This document shows, in pieces, positions 48,201 through 60,252 of a DNA stretch of 64,000 nt (positions are counted from its first letter, which is position 1; every line of letters begins with the position of its first letter). The notes beneath the pieces are model-generated. The model worked only from the letters and a program-made list of their open reading frames with translations, was not told where the DNA came from and ran no database searches. The translations under genes and the position numbers were made by a program. Location of the stretch: NCBI GenBank assembly GCA_009914755.4, contig CP068257.2, positions 12,960,001 to 13,024,000 of the forward strand. The letters are read 5' to 3'. Source of the stretch: the human T2T-CHM13v2.0 reference genome, Homo sapiens.

Positions 48201-50154
48201 GACATTTCCAAAAGAGGACATACAAATGGCAAACAGGCATGTGAAAAAGTGCTCAACGTCATTTATCATCAGAGAAATGCAAATCAAAACTACAATGAGA
48301 TGTTATCTCACCATAGTTAAAAATGCCTTATATCCAAAACACAGGCACTAGTAAATGCTGGTGAAGATGTGGAGAAAAAGGAACCCTATTTCACTGTTGG
48401 CGGGAATATAAATTAGTACAACCACTATGGAGAACAGTTTGGAGGTTCCCCAAAAACAAAAAATTGAGCTAACATATGCTCCAGCAATCTCACTGCTGGG
48501 TATATACTTCCCAATTTGTTGCAGTACTGTTACAATAGCTAAGATTTGGACACAACCTAAGTGTCTATCAACAGATGAATGGATAAAGAAAATATGGTAC
48601 ATATACACAATGGAGTATGGTTCAATCATCAAAAAAGAATGAAATCCAGTCATTTGCAACAACATAATTAGAACTGGAGATGATTATGGTAAGTGAAATA
48701 ATTCAGTCACTGAAAGACAAACATCGCATGTTCTCACTTATCTGTGGAATCTAAAAATCAAAACAATTGAACTTGTGTACATTGAGATTAGAAGGATGGT
48801 TACCAGAGGCTAGGAAGAGTAATGGCATTCTGGGAGGAAGCTGGGGATGGTTAATGGGTACAAAGCAATAGAAAGAATGAATATGAGCTACTATTTGATA
48901 GCACAATAGGGTGACTATTGTCAATAATAACTTAATCGTACATTTTAAAATAATTTAAAGGGTGTAAGTGGAATGTTTTTAACTCAAAGGATAAATGCTT
49001 GCGGGAATGGATACCCCATTCTCCATGATGTGCTTATTTCACATTGCATGTCTGTATCAAATCATCTCATGTACTCCATAAATATATATACCTACTATGT
49101 ACCTACAAAAATTTTAAAAATTTGAAAGAATGAAAAAGCATCAAGGGCAAATGATACACATTGCAACACACACACACACACACAGCAGGAAGCTATGAGG
49201 ATAAAATAAATTCAAGGCATGCTTTGAAATAGCAAAAATATTTTACAAGTACAGTCAAGAAATTAATATTAATGTTTAGAACATTAATAATAAAAATATT
49301 ATTTATTCATTTTTATCCTTGTATGAAAAAATGAATTTAAAATGCATGAGTTTGGATTTAAAATCATTGTGTAATGTATTATAACTTCTTTGTATTTGGG
49401 AAGCAAATTTATTAATCAAATTGACTTTTTTAAAAAGATATAATTAGTCTAGTTATGACATCATCTAGAAGCAGTCTTAAAAGAGAGAGGTAGACAGTAT
49501 ACACTTAGCATATTGAAAAGTTCTAGGTATATTAACATATAAGTAAAGTGAAGATTGGATGCCTTGTCTACCTTTAGAACATTTGGCCAATATGATTTGC
49601 TGTTTCCGCTTTTAAGTAACCCCTGTTCCAAACACATTACAAACTACTGGGAAAATTATTAAGAACTAAGTAAGTCATGAGTGCTCTAAAATACGTAAAC
49701 ATGTAGGGAAACCTAACAGAAATACAAAGTAGTGAGTGAAACTAAAGTTTTAGACATATTAAGCTCCCATCCCAAAACAGACAGCATTGGACAGATCTTA
49801 AACCCTGAGGGGTAGCATGCAATCGATGTCCTCTACATGAGGCAAACTCCATGATGGAAATACAGGGCCTATGGTAGCAACCACTGCTATAAAAGAGGGC
49901 TGAAAAAAGCTTCTGCCAACAGCTGCTAGGGCTCTTGCTTACAAGAAGATATGGGCCAGAGAAGCAAAATTTAACAACACGGCCAGCAAAACAGAATATG
50001 AAACAAGCTACCAATAGTTCAGTGTCTAGATTAGTAATAGTTCATATATCTGCTTGGAATAAGATCTCTGGACCACCAATGTAAGCCCTGGTTTTTAATT
50101 GGGGCATCAGGAAGACATGAGATTTTTTGCCTCACTAGTAGATAAAGCAAGGCG

Positions 50155-50215
50155 AAGAAGCCAGGAAAGAAAGAAAGAAAGAGAGAAAGAGAGAGAGAAG
50201 AAGAAAAAGAGTTGT
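50155..50215. repeat. GA-rich (GAAA/GAGA) simple repeat
   Basis: aagaaagaaagaaagagagaaagagagagagaagaagaaaaagag. Confidence 0.85.
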
Positions 50216-53200
50216 CATTCTAAATTAGCCAAAGCACATGAAGAGATCAAATGCTGAGGAAGAGAGCCAACTGAATTGACAATCAGAAAATTAAACCATT
50301 TAATTCCAGATGAAATTAAAATCATAAAACAGATGGAGAGATAATTTAAGAAAGAATATATATAATCTCCAAAGAGCTAAATAAAAATGTAATATTAAAG
50401 AAATAATTTATGATGAAACCAAAACAGAAATGAAACAAAAATCATTAAATAGGAACAAAGAACAATTACAAAGTCTTGAAAATGAATAATCACAGAAATT
50501 TATATTAAATAATCAAAAATTAAACTCTAGACCTTTCATAAGAGAGAATTAGAAAATGCTGAGTTCACTTAGGGTGCAGCATAGAAGGATAAATAGAAAA
50601 CATGATACACACAGGTAAAAGGTTAGAAGATATATTAAAAGATGACAAAATACTACTAATAGAAACTCTAGAAAAAGAAAATGATGGAATATTCCTATTA
50701 ATGCAAGAAAACAACAGATCAATTTTAGGTATTAACATAGTTTTTAAAATCCTAAATAAAATATCAACAAAATCAAATAGTACCTATAAAACTACATTAA
50801 GACCAATTAGTGTTTAATATAGAAATGTAAGAATGCTTCAATATTTTGATACAGATTAAAATATTTAAAAGGAAGTTAATCTCAATAAATATTTAAGGCA
50901 TTTGAAAAATTTTAAAGTTTACCCACGTCAAAATCTTAGCAAATTGGGAAAAGGCAGGACTTCCTTAACCTGAGTAGAGTTATTTAAAAAAAATTTCCTC
51001 ATGAAGACTGAATTATAAATAATTATATGAGCATTAGAAATAAGAGTAGGATGGCTGATATCATAGCATTCCTACTTGTCAATATTATGGAAGCTAAAGA
51101 AGTTGAGAATAACATAAATGCTAAGGAAAGGAATACTTTATAGATTATTTGTACAGAAAATCTGAGAAAACCACAGAGTATCTCTCAGAATTCTTCAAGA
51201 TCAGCAAAATTATTTATTTGGATATCAATATACTAATAATGTGTCTCTAAATCAGCATCAACAAACTTGGAGAAAAATTCACAATGGCATCCAAAATTCT
51301 TGGATGCCTAACAATAAAATTATCAAAAGGTAAGCAAGATATCATAGAGAAAATTACAAAATATTATTGAAGGCTATGAAAGAATTGAATAAAGAGTTAT
51401 CTATGTTTGTGGATGAAAAGACCTAGCACCATAATGAAGTCAATTTCCCCTAAAAATGGTGTAAAATTCAAGTTCATTTCAGTCAAAATCCCATCAAAGG
51501 TATTCATATAATTTGACAATATGAACCTAAGTTTATATAGAAAAAAGACGAAGTCCAAACTTTCAAGAAGGACAAATGGGGAGCAGGGTATTCTTCTGAA
51601 TAAGACTCACTTGGCAGCAGAATTATTAATATTTTAATAAGTGCTTAAAAGAACAAGTAAAATGAAAGGGATAGAAATGAACCAATGGGAAAGAATAAAG
51701 AATCCAAATAAAGACAGAGGCAGCATTTCAAATTATTGAAGAAATTGTGCAGGAGTAATTGATTTGTAACCTCATGGGTTACAAAGACATGTTAAATGCA
51801 ATAACTATATGATGAGCTCAACAAGAAAAATCACTGTGCCTCAAATGAGCAAGTTTTCTAAAAGCCTCATCATGACGTAAAACTCTAAGAAAAATTGTGG
51901 AGTCAGAGTGGCATGTATAAAAGGATATTTCTGCCTCCCTTATGAAAGATAGACCCCATTTCAAGTTTATAGATCCAAAATAATAGCAATCACCTTTAAT
52001 GGATTATTTATAGTATCCTTGGTTCAGAATGGGTAGTTCATTAAGTTTCTGCCTTTATGTTTCTCTTAAAAACCCCATTTACTAAAAGATTTACAATTTT
52101 CCCCTACACTTAAATAAAAGATGTTTAACTCTTTCATTCTTTCTTTAGCAGTGATCTTTATGTGACACATAATATTTAAAATCACCTGCTTCCCAGAGAT
52201 TTAAAGGTCAGTGTTTTTACATATACCTTCATTTTTTTTAATTCAAGAATCTTTCCATTAAACCAGTGGTTTTTATTCTCTTTTCTTAAATGCAGTGTCC
52301 CATATGTTCACATTCCTACAGCCATGGATAAAACATGTTTTGGATTTTGCATAAGTTCCTGGCAAAAGCTGTACCCCCACCCCTTTTTCAAAGGTTATAA
52401 CAGCACAGTAGGGTGTCACAACACTGTGGTTGAGAACCTACACTAAATTATGTTATGTATTTATTCCACAAGAAGGAATAAAAAACACCTAAGATAATGT
52501 TTATTTTTTAAGTACCTCATACACATTTTCTTATTAAAGCAACTGAATTTGATAACATAAACTTTGCAATGATTCAACAAAAGACTAGGGTTCTTGATGG
52601 TTCCGTCTAATGAAATATGTTTCTGAACAAGTAACTTCTTAAGGACAACTTTAACAGACAGAAAAGAGTTACAGTCATATTGAGTCCATGAGTCAGGACT
52701 TCGAGGCAATCCTTTTTAAGTAAGTGCTCCCTTCCCTATATCACAGAGGAAGACAATCAAGCTCATTATATGGTTATATGTCTTCAGCAGCAGCATTACA
52801 AACGTATGTCACGCCACGCTGAACCATGCTATGTTATAGAAACATTAGCATACTGATTATATTACCATTCAAAATGATTTCAGAAAGCAATCGTCTTTGG
52901 TGCCACACTGCCTATTTCCATGGGAAGTATATTCATATAAACCACATATAGCTCTTTTAGATCAACTAGAAAAGTATGCACAATACCACTTAAATCACCT
53001 GAAATGGGATTTCTGCCATCAGATTTATACGGCACAAAGCAAAGTTGAGAGCTGGCAGTTATTTTGTAAATTGGACTATATGGGCAACAAGAACTCGATG
53101 ATTCAGCCTCCCACAACTCATAATTGCATTTTATTTTTCAAGATGCTCTAAGATTAAACCCCTTATCTTGGCTTAAAATGCCTCCTGTTTAGGTATTACA

Positions 53201-54589
53201 ACGTATGTCAGCACCATCTCTACTGCTTATGTTAATCTTATGTGCAATTAGGAAAGAAAACAAACATCAGAACTAGGCCATCTTACTTTCCCAAATGAGA
53301 GGGATCTCCCATCGACATCTTGAAAAACCAATGAATAGACATAATGCCCTGCTGTAAACACAGAAATGAATAAAATTATTTTTGAAATCCATTTTTAAGC
53401 ATTGGCAGATGGTCACAATTGCAGGTTAGAGTTATAAAGTATTTTCAGATCCATGACTACCTGATAACTTTCACTGATCCACTTCAGGCTAAGGAAAAAA
53501 AAGTAATAATGTGAAAACGAATTTGAGAGGTGCTTATACCCTTGAGTAAGCACATCTCCAGGACTGGATTAATCTATTGTACCTTGCATTTACAGTGTGG
53601 TGCAACTCAGAAAACTACCTCCATGGAAGTTTAACCAAGCCAGCATTGAAAGGAATTCATTACTCAAGGAACAAAGAAGAAATTTTGATTCCTGGGATGT
53701 CTCAAAGCAAAGCAAGCAACACAAAGCCTGCATATTTTGCAAAATTTTGTCTCATAACAAATAGAAGAAAATTATTTCTCAAAAATACTGTTCCCAGAAC
53801 ATTATACTTAAAAATTCAACATCAAAATGATAAATAATAGTAATTGTTGCAGAACTCTTTTTAATACTTGTCTTTGAGTAGAGTTGGCTTAAGTGCTTTA
53901 ATGAAAGCATCCTTTCTCACTGTTCTTTGTGATGTGAACTTTCTGAGATGCTAAGTGTATGAATATCATCACATAAGAAGTTTAGAATATATCCTAATTT
54001 CATTCCTTTTGACACAGTAAAATTAAAATGAGAACATAAATGCTGCAAATAAAGGAACTTACCAGCGAAATGCAGAAAAGATTCATTTTGACCAGCTTCA
54101 CTCTCTTGTTGCCCTGCTTTGAAAAATATGATTGCCTCTTGTAGCTCTCTCTTGCCTTCACAGCTGTTTGGCCAGTTCTCATGGGAGATTATTACAAAGT
54201 AAAATCCCTGCCATAATCCAGGGGATTCAGAGACCATTATCAAATAATATAGGCTTTTGTTGAACAAACAATTTCCTAAATTAATGAAGAACGCTGATGC
54301 ATAACATGAGAGAATGAGACTTACCACGATCTGTGTAAACAGATTTCAAAGGTGGCAATGATAGTCCTAAAACCTGCAGTGAAAATGCATTGGAAACAAC
54401 TACAGGCAAACCTGGAGAAAATATTATTCTTCAGGTTAAAAGTAACATCTTCCTCTTAAAAGTGGTAGGTCAAGGGTCCATCTCATATTTCTTCCCATCT
54501 CCCATTCCTATTTTCTCTTTCAACAATTAACAAAACGTTTGATTCGCTACATGACAAGATATAGAGATAAACACATTTTTAAATGGCAA

Positions 54590-56110
54590 GATATGCAAAG
54601 TGCATAAATCTAAAATGTACCACTTTAACCATTTTTAAGTAAACAGTTCAGTAACATTAAGTACCTCTACATTGTTGGGCAACTGTCACCACCATGAATC
54701 TCCAGAACCATTTCATCTTTCCTAACTCAAACCCCATACCCATTAAACACTAACTCCCCATTTCCCCTGCCCCTCAGCCCCTGGAAACAGCCTTTCTACT
54801 TTCTGTCTCTCTAAATTTGACTACTCTACATGCTTTCTGTAAGTGGAATCAATATTTGCCATCTGGTGGCTGACTTACCTCACTTAGCATAATCTCTTCA
54901 AGGTGCATCCATGCAATAGCATGTGCCACAGTTTCCTTCATTTTTAAGACTAAATAATATTCCTTTTTGTGTATATATCACATTTTGCTTATCCACTTGT
55001 TTGTTGATAAACACTTGGATTAGTTCTACCTTTTGACTATTGTGAATAAGACTGCTATGAACATAGATGTACATATATCTGTTTGAGTCCCTGCTTTCAA
55101 TTCTTTTGGGTATATATCCAGAAGGGGATTGTTTGATTTTTTGTTAATTCCATGTTAAAGAGGAAACACCATATTGTTTTTCTCACTGACTGCGTCATTT
55201 ACATTCTCACCTACAGTACACAAAGGTTCCAATTTCTTTGCACCCTTGCTGGCCCTTGTTATTTTCTGTTTTTTGTTTGTTCATGTTTTTTTTTTTAATA
55301 GTGGCTACCCTGAATGTGAAATGGTATCTCATGGTTTTGATTTGCATTTGCCTAGTGATTAGTGATGATGGGCATCTTTTTATTTGTTTATTAGCCATTT
55401 GTGTACTTTCTTCGGATTAATGTTTATACCAGCCCTTTGCTCATTTTTAAAATTTGGTTCCAGCCTGGGTGCCAGAACGAGACTCCATCTCAAAAAAAAA
55501 AAAATTTGTTTCCTTTAGTTTTTGGTTTTGTTATTGTTGAATTGTAGGTGTTCCTTACATATTCTGGATATCTCTTCTCAGATATGTGATTTGCAAATAA
55601 TTTCTCCCATTCAATGAGCTACTTTTTTACTCTGCTAATAGTGTCCTTTGATGCACAGAAGTATTTTTTTCTTTTTAATTTGATAAACTCTAAATTATCT
55701 ACTTTTGTTTTTGTTACCTGTGCTTTTGGTGTCAAATAAATCATTGCCAAATCCAATGTCAGGATGATTTTTCCCAATGTTTTCTTCTAATAACTTATAC
55801 TTTTATCTCTTTGGGACTTTGTCAATTTTGAATTACTTTTTGTATATGCTGTAATGTAAGGGTCCAACTTTATTGTTTTGCATGTGTATATTCCATTTGT
55901 CCAACACCATTTGTTGAAAGGCTGTACTTTCCCCATTGAATGGTCTTGACAGATTTGCTGACATTTGACCACATAAATGAAGGTTTATTTCTGGGCTCTC
56001 CATTCTATTGCATTGGTCTACATGTCTGTTTCTATGCCAGTATCACACTGTTTTAATTACTGTGCGCTTCGAACTAAGTTTTGAAATTAATGACTTTTGC
56101 ATATTGTCTC
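54590..56110 (-). mobile_element. Ancient L1 (L1M/L1MB-type) 3' ~1.5 kb on the minus strand, 5'-truncated
   Basis: The 3' terminus reads, as its reverse complement, tgcataaatctaaaatgtaccactttaaccatttttaagtaaacagttcagtaacattaagtac...ccccatttcccctgcccctcagcccctgg...cacttagcataatctcttcaaggtgcatccatg...taatattcctttttgtgtatatatcacattttgcttatccacttgtttgttgataaacacttggattagttctacc...tggctaccctgaatgtgaaatggtatctcatggttttgatttgcatttgcctagtgattagtgatg...ccatttgttgaaaggctgtactttccccattgaatggtcttgac. Confidence 0.8.
55460..55504 (+). mobile_element. 45-bp Alu 3'-terminal fragment embedded in the L1M
   Basis: ccagcctgggtgccagaacgagactccatctcaaaaaaaaaaaaa. Confidence 0.7.
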
Positions 56111-56171
56111 ACTCCAAAAAAAAAAACAACCTTAAAAATGTTCTTTTTTTTGTTTTGTTTTGTTTTTTGAT

Positions 56172-56375
56172 AAGAAAATTGAGGCTCAGAAGAATAAGTA
56201 ACTTGCCAAGGTCAAAACTAGAAAATGGTAAATTCTGGAATCTAGTCCAGGGATATCTAGTTCCAAATTTTATGCTTTTTATATTAACTATATCATCTTG
56301 TGTAAACTTGAGGATGATACTTAGCTTCTGCGTCTTCAGTAAACTCATCTGTACAATGGCCTGTTAAACCTAGCT
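56172..56375. mobile_element. Two MIR fragments in inverted orientation: antisense core at 56172-56235 and sense at 56290-56375
   Basis: gataagaaaattgaggctcagaagaataagtaacttgccaaggtcaaaactag is the reverse complement of MIR ...gcccaaggtcacacagctagtaagtggcag.../gaggttaagtgacttgccc. tcttgtgtaaacttgaggatgatacttagcttctgcgtcttcagtaaactcatctgtacaatgg corresponds to MIR ctgtgtgaccttgggcaagttacttaacctctctgtgcctcagtttcctcatctgtaaaatgg. Confidence 0.55.
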
Positions 56376-56484
56376 ATTTGAAAACATCAGCTAAAACTAA
56401 GTGATTTTTTTGGTATTCATTTAGGTCTTTTATTTCTTGATATGCTTGAAATCTAATTGTCTTTTAAATGCACTAATAGTTCTG

Positions 56485-57021
56485 AAAGTTAAATTTATTT
56501 TTAAATTTTTTATTATTTTTCATTTTTTAATTAACAAATGAAAATTGTATATATTTATGAAATACAACATGATGTTTTGAAATATGTATGTGAAATGGTT
56601 AAATTAAACTAATATATGCATCACCTTACATATTTATTTGTGGTAAGAACACTTAAAATCTACTCTCTTAGCAGTTTTCACATGTACAATATATTGTAAT
56701 TAACTAACAGCGCCATGTTGTACAATAGACCTCCTGAACTTATTCTTCCTAACTAAAATTGTGTATCTTTTGACCATCGTCTCCTCCAATTACTCCTCGA
56801 ATCCCCCAGAGCCTTGTAATCATCATTCTGCTCTTTGCGTCTATGAATTCGACTTTTTTAGATTCCGCATTAGTGGGAACATGCAGTGTTTATCTCTCTG
56901 TTTCTCGCTTATTTCACTTAACGTAATATCCTCCAAACTCATCGATGTTGTCACAAATAACAGGATTTCCTTCATTTTAAAAACAATAGTATTTCACTGT
57001 GTATAATACCACATTTTCCAG
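56485..57021 (-). mobile_element. Ancient L1M 3' end (minus strand) with its T-rich, rc-A-rich tail at 56485-56530
   Basis: gaaaattgtatatatttatgaaatacaacatgatgttttgaaatatgtatgtgaaatgg...tttgtggtaagaacacttaaaatctactctcttagcagttttcacatgtacaatatattgtaattaactaacagcgccatgttgtacaatagacctcctgaacttattc...ctctgtttctcgcttatttcacttaacgtaatatcctccaaactcatcgatgttgtcacaaataacaggatttccttcattttaaaaacaatagtatttcactgtgtataataccacattttc. Confidence 0.8.
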
Positions 57022-57165
57022 CAATCCCACTACTGGCTATATATCTAAAGGAAATGAAGTCTGTATGTTAGAGAGATATTTGTACCTCCATGTTCATTGC
57101 AGCATTATTCCCAGTTGCCAAGATATGGAATCAACTTAAGTGCCCATCAACAGATGAATAAATAA
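57022..57165 (+). mobile_element. ~145 bp L1M segment in the opposite (sense) orientation, abutting the antisense L1M 3' end. This is the inverted 5' piece of the same insertion.
   Basis: cagcaatcccactactggctatatatctaaaggaaatgaagtctgtatgttagagagatatttgtacctccatgttcattgcagcattattcccagttgccaagatatggaatcaacttaagtgcccatcaacagatgaataaataaag. In L1 coordinates it ends exactly where the antisense segment begins (...gatgaatggataaac|aaaatgtggtatat...). Confidence 0.65.
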
Positions 57166-58295
57166 AGTTAAATTTAGATCTTGCAAATAAATTTCTTCAT
57201 CACCTGGTCCTGGACTTAATTTTGTTAAGTAACATTTATTTCCAATAACCTTATTAGAAATAAGATATTCTAAAGGAAGGTATCTATAGCCCCTTGATCT
57301 TAATTAGCAACACCTGGAGATTTACATTGGTACCTTCTGCTTTAAAGTGTTATCAGTTAAGAATGCTTTCAGTTGCAGGTAATAGACTACATGACTGAGA
57401 GTGTTTAATCAAGAAGGATTATTGTTCACGTATAAGAACAGGTCTATGGATTGACAATTGTCACTGAAGGAGAGGGTCAGCAAGATCAGTCATGAGTACT
57501 GTCTATAGTTCCCTTGCCCTTCCTTTCATGATTTGAAGATGGCTGCAGAAGTTCATAGCGTTAAATCCTCACACAGTTGCTTTCGAACACTGGAAACAGA
57601 CATCACATGCACCAATGTCAAGCAGCCCTTCCTGTTTGGCATCCTTTCCATCAGGCCTCCCAAGAGCCTCAGTACCCCTATAGGTTTCACTATTTCTGCA
57701 TACTTTTCCAAGTTAGTACTTTTGAAGTGTATTATTTAAGAAATATTTTGAGATACAATATTAAAATTTAATCAAAAGCAAAACTAAATGAAACTAGGAC
57801 TTTGAGTTTCTTCTTTATAATCTTTTATTTTAGGAGCTATAATATTATTTCAAATTATGATTAAAAAAAGATGAAAAAATTTTCACATATACTCAAAAGT
57901 AGACTATAATAATTCCTTTATATGCCCCTCACATATATTCAACAATTATCAAGATATTGCAAAAGTTACTTCATATGTCCTGTTTTATCCCCTTTTTCTT
58001 TCCAGCTAAAGTATTTTAAAGCAAGTCTCAGCATCATGTTATTTCACTCCTACACATTTCATTCATCTCTAAACATTTTTCACTTTTTTTAGGCAATCAG
58101 AATGCCATTCATAAATCTAAAAATAGTTTCCTGATTACTTCAAATACCTTCCTTTGTCATTCCCCTCACAGAAAGGTATGGTCTGTTTCTCCAATCTCTT
58201 GAATGTCGGCTGAGACTATGACTAACTGAAACTTGGACTATGGCAGAAATATCACTGCGCTAGTTGTAAATCTACCTTTTTCCTTTTACACATTT

Positions 58296-58535
58296 ATTTG
58301 AATTGAAAAATAAAAATTGTATGCATTTATGGTGTCCAGTGTGATGATTTGACATACGTATACATTGTGAAATAAATAAATCAAACTAGTAACATATCCA
58401 TCACCTCGAATACTTATCAATTTTTTATGGTGAAAACATTTACAATCTAATCCCTTAGCAATTTTTAAATATACAAAACTATTATTATTAACTATAATCA
58501 TCATGCTGTACAATAGGTCTCCAGAACTTATTACA
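58296..58535 (-). mobile_element. ~240 bp ancient L1M/L1MB 3'-terminal fragment
   Basis: gaaaaataaaaattgtatgcatttatggtgtccagtgtgatgatttgacatacgtatacattgtgaaataaataaatcaaactagtaacatatccatcacctcgaatacttatcaatttttt...ctataatcatcatgctgtacaataggtctccagaacttattac is the L1MB-type 3' end motif, antisense. Confidence 0.75.
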
Positions 58536-58559
58536 AAGTTTCAGTTAAGCCTAGCTTTT

Positions 58560-58885
58560 AAGAAAGCTTCTGGCTTCTATTTTCTCCTCTTTGGAACCCA
58601 GCTGTCTTATTGTGAGGAGCCCAAGCAGCATGTAAAGAGACCCACATGAAGGAGAATCGAGAGCTCCGGTGTCTGTCCCATCTCGTCTGCATGATGACAT
58701 GGGCACCAGTGTGCTCACCCTGGGAATGAGGTCATCTTGAAAGTAAGCCCCAGATGAGCCACCTTAGCTGATAGCAGAGGAACCCCATCCCCAACCCCTG
58801 AGAGCCCTGACCAAATTGAAAAATTGTGAGAAAATAAATGATTGTTATTTTAAGCCACTAAGTACTGGGATGGTTTGTTATGTGA
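58560..58885 (+). mobile_element. Unclassified ancient interspersed repeat (LTR/MER-like). I could not recall the family.
   Basis: Terminal motif ...aattgtgagaaaataaatgattgttattttaagccactaagtactgggatggtttgttatgtgataaaat is typical of an old dispersed repeat end (aagccactaagt..ggtttgttat). Confidence 0.3.
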
Positions 58886-59420
58886 TAAAATAAAAAAAAG
58901 CACTGTCTGTAATTAAAATTTTCAATGACCTTAAAGAAAGCAAGAAGGACCAGAAGGAGGAGGAAGGGGAAGAAGAAAAGGAAGAAAAATCTTCTCATTT
59001 GCTCCATGTGAATCAAAATCCAAACAATGACCACATTTGACACTTGGTTGTCATGCCTCTCAAGTCTCTGTAATTCAGAACTCTCACTCTCTCTTCTTTC
59101 TCATTAATTTTTTGCAAAGGATAGGTCTTGTGAAATGTACATCCTGAATTTTTTTCTGGTTTCCTTCTTTGTGTATCACTTAACTTCTTCTTCTATCTCT
59201 GGGATACACTATAAATGGAAATTAACTCTTTCCTAAATGGAAGTTGATTCGATTCTGAGTCAACCTTAAAAAGTGCAAAAACTTTTGATAAGTATTGGGT
59301 ACTGTACTTGACATCGTATCAGGAAGCACTCAATATTTCCCATATTTATTAATACTAAGATAATTTCAACTATTAATTACCTTAACTTAAATTGCCTAAT
59401 TAGGAGCTACAATATGATGG

Positions 59421-59727
59421 TTTTTGTTTTGTTTTGTTTTTTGAGACAGAGTCTTGATCTGTCACCCAGGCTGAAGTGCAATGGCTCGATCTCGGCTTAC
59501 TGCAACCTCAGCCTCCCAGGTTCAAGCAATTCTCCTGCCTCAGCCTCCTGAGTATTTGGGATGGGGTTACAGGCTCGTGCCACTACGCCCAGCTAATTTT
59601 TGTATTTTTAGTAGAGACGGGGTTTCATCATGTTGGCCAGGCTGGTCTCGAACTCCTGACCTCATGATCCTCCCCCCTCGGCCTCCCAAAATGCTGGGAT
59701 TACAGGCGTGAGCCACTGCACCTGGCC
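59421..59727 (-). mobile_element. Alu SINE with a (GTTTT)n-modified tail
   Basis: ttttgttttgttttgttttttgagacagagtcttgatctgtcacccaggctgaagtgcaatggctcgatctcggcttactgcaacc...gctgggattacaggcgtgagccactgcacctggcc. Confidence 0.92.
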
Positions 59728-59886
59728 CAGAATGTTTTCTTTTAGTTATGGAAGTGACTGCACATCAATTACCTGGAAAATTTGGTAAAGTAGAAATTTT
59801 TCTAATCAACTAGTGCTGTGGTTAACCTAAAATACAGTTTATAGAGGAACAATTATAACGTGAAAATTTTCAAAAAGTTTGTGCCT

Positions 59887-60252
59887 GTGTAAGTCCATTT
59901 TCACACTGCTATAAAGAATACCTGAGACTGGGTAATTATTGAAGAAAAAAGGAGGCTTAATTGACTCACAGTTTCACATGGCTGGAGAGGCCTCAGGGAA
60001 CCGACAGTCATGGTGGAAGGCTAAGGAGAAGCAAGCACCTTCTTCACAAGGCAGCAGGAGAGAGCAAGAACAAAGGGAGAAGTGCCACTTTTAAACCATC
60101 AGATCTCGTGAGAACTCACTCACTATCAAAAGAACACCATAGGGGAAACTGCCCCCATGATACAATCACCTCCCAGAAGGTCCCTCCCTGGACATGTGAG
60201 GATTACAATTTGAGGTGAGATTTGGGTGGGGACAGAGAGCCGAATCATATCA
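59887..60252 (-). mobile_element. MaLR solo LTR, THE1/MST-like, on the minus strand
   Basis: tgtaagtccattttcacactgctataaagaatacctgagactgggtaattat...ggcttaattgactcacagtttcacatggctggagaggcctcagggaacc...accatcagatctcgtgagaactcactcactatcaaaagaacaccataggggaaactgcccccatgatacaatcacctcccag...gtgagatttgggtggggacagagagccgaatcatatca is the reverse complement of the THE1 consensus (tgatatggtttgg...). Confidence 0.75.

Noticed and set aside
53917-54327. 136-aa minus-strand ORF in unique DNA
   Set aside because: No recognisable domain. Low-complexity, AT-rich codon usage. No splice or promoter context. It is a chance ORF.
54590-58535. Three L1M 3' ends spaced about 1.8-1.9 kb apart (54590, 56525, 58296), possibly a tandem segmental duplication
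   Set aside because: The copies differ substantially (separately diverged L1MB-type ends; the third lacks any L1 body) and the flanks do not align. More likely these are independent ancient insertions or fragments.
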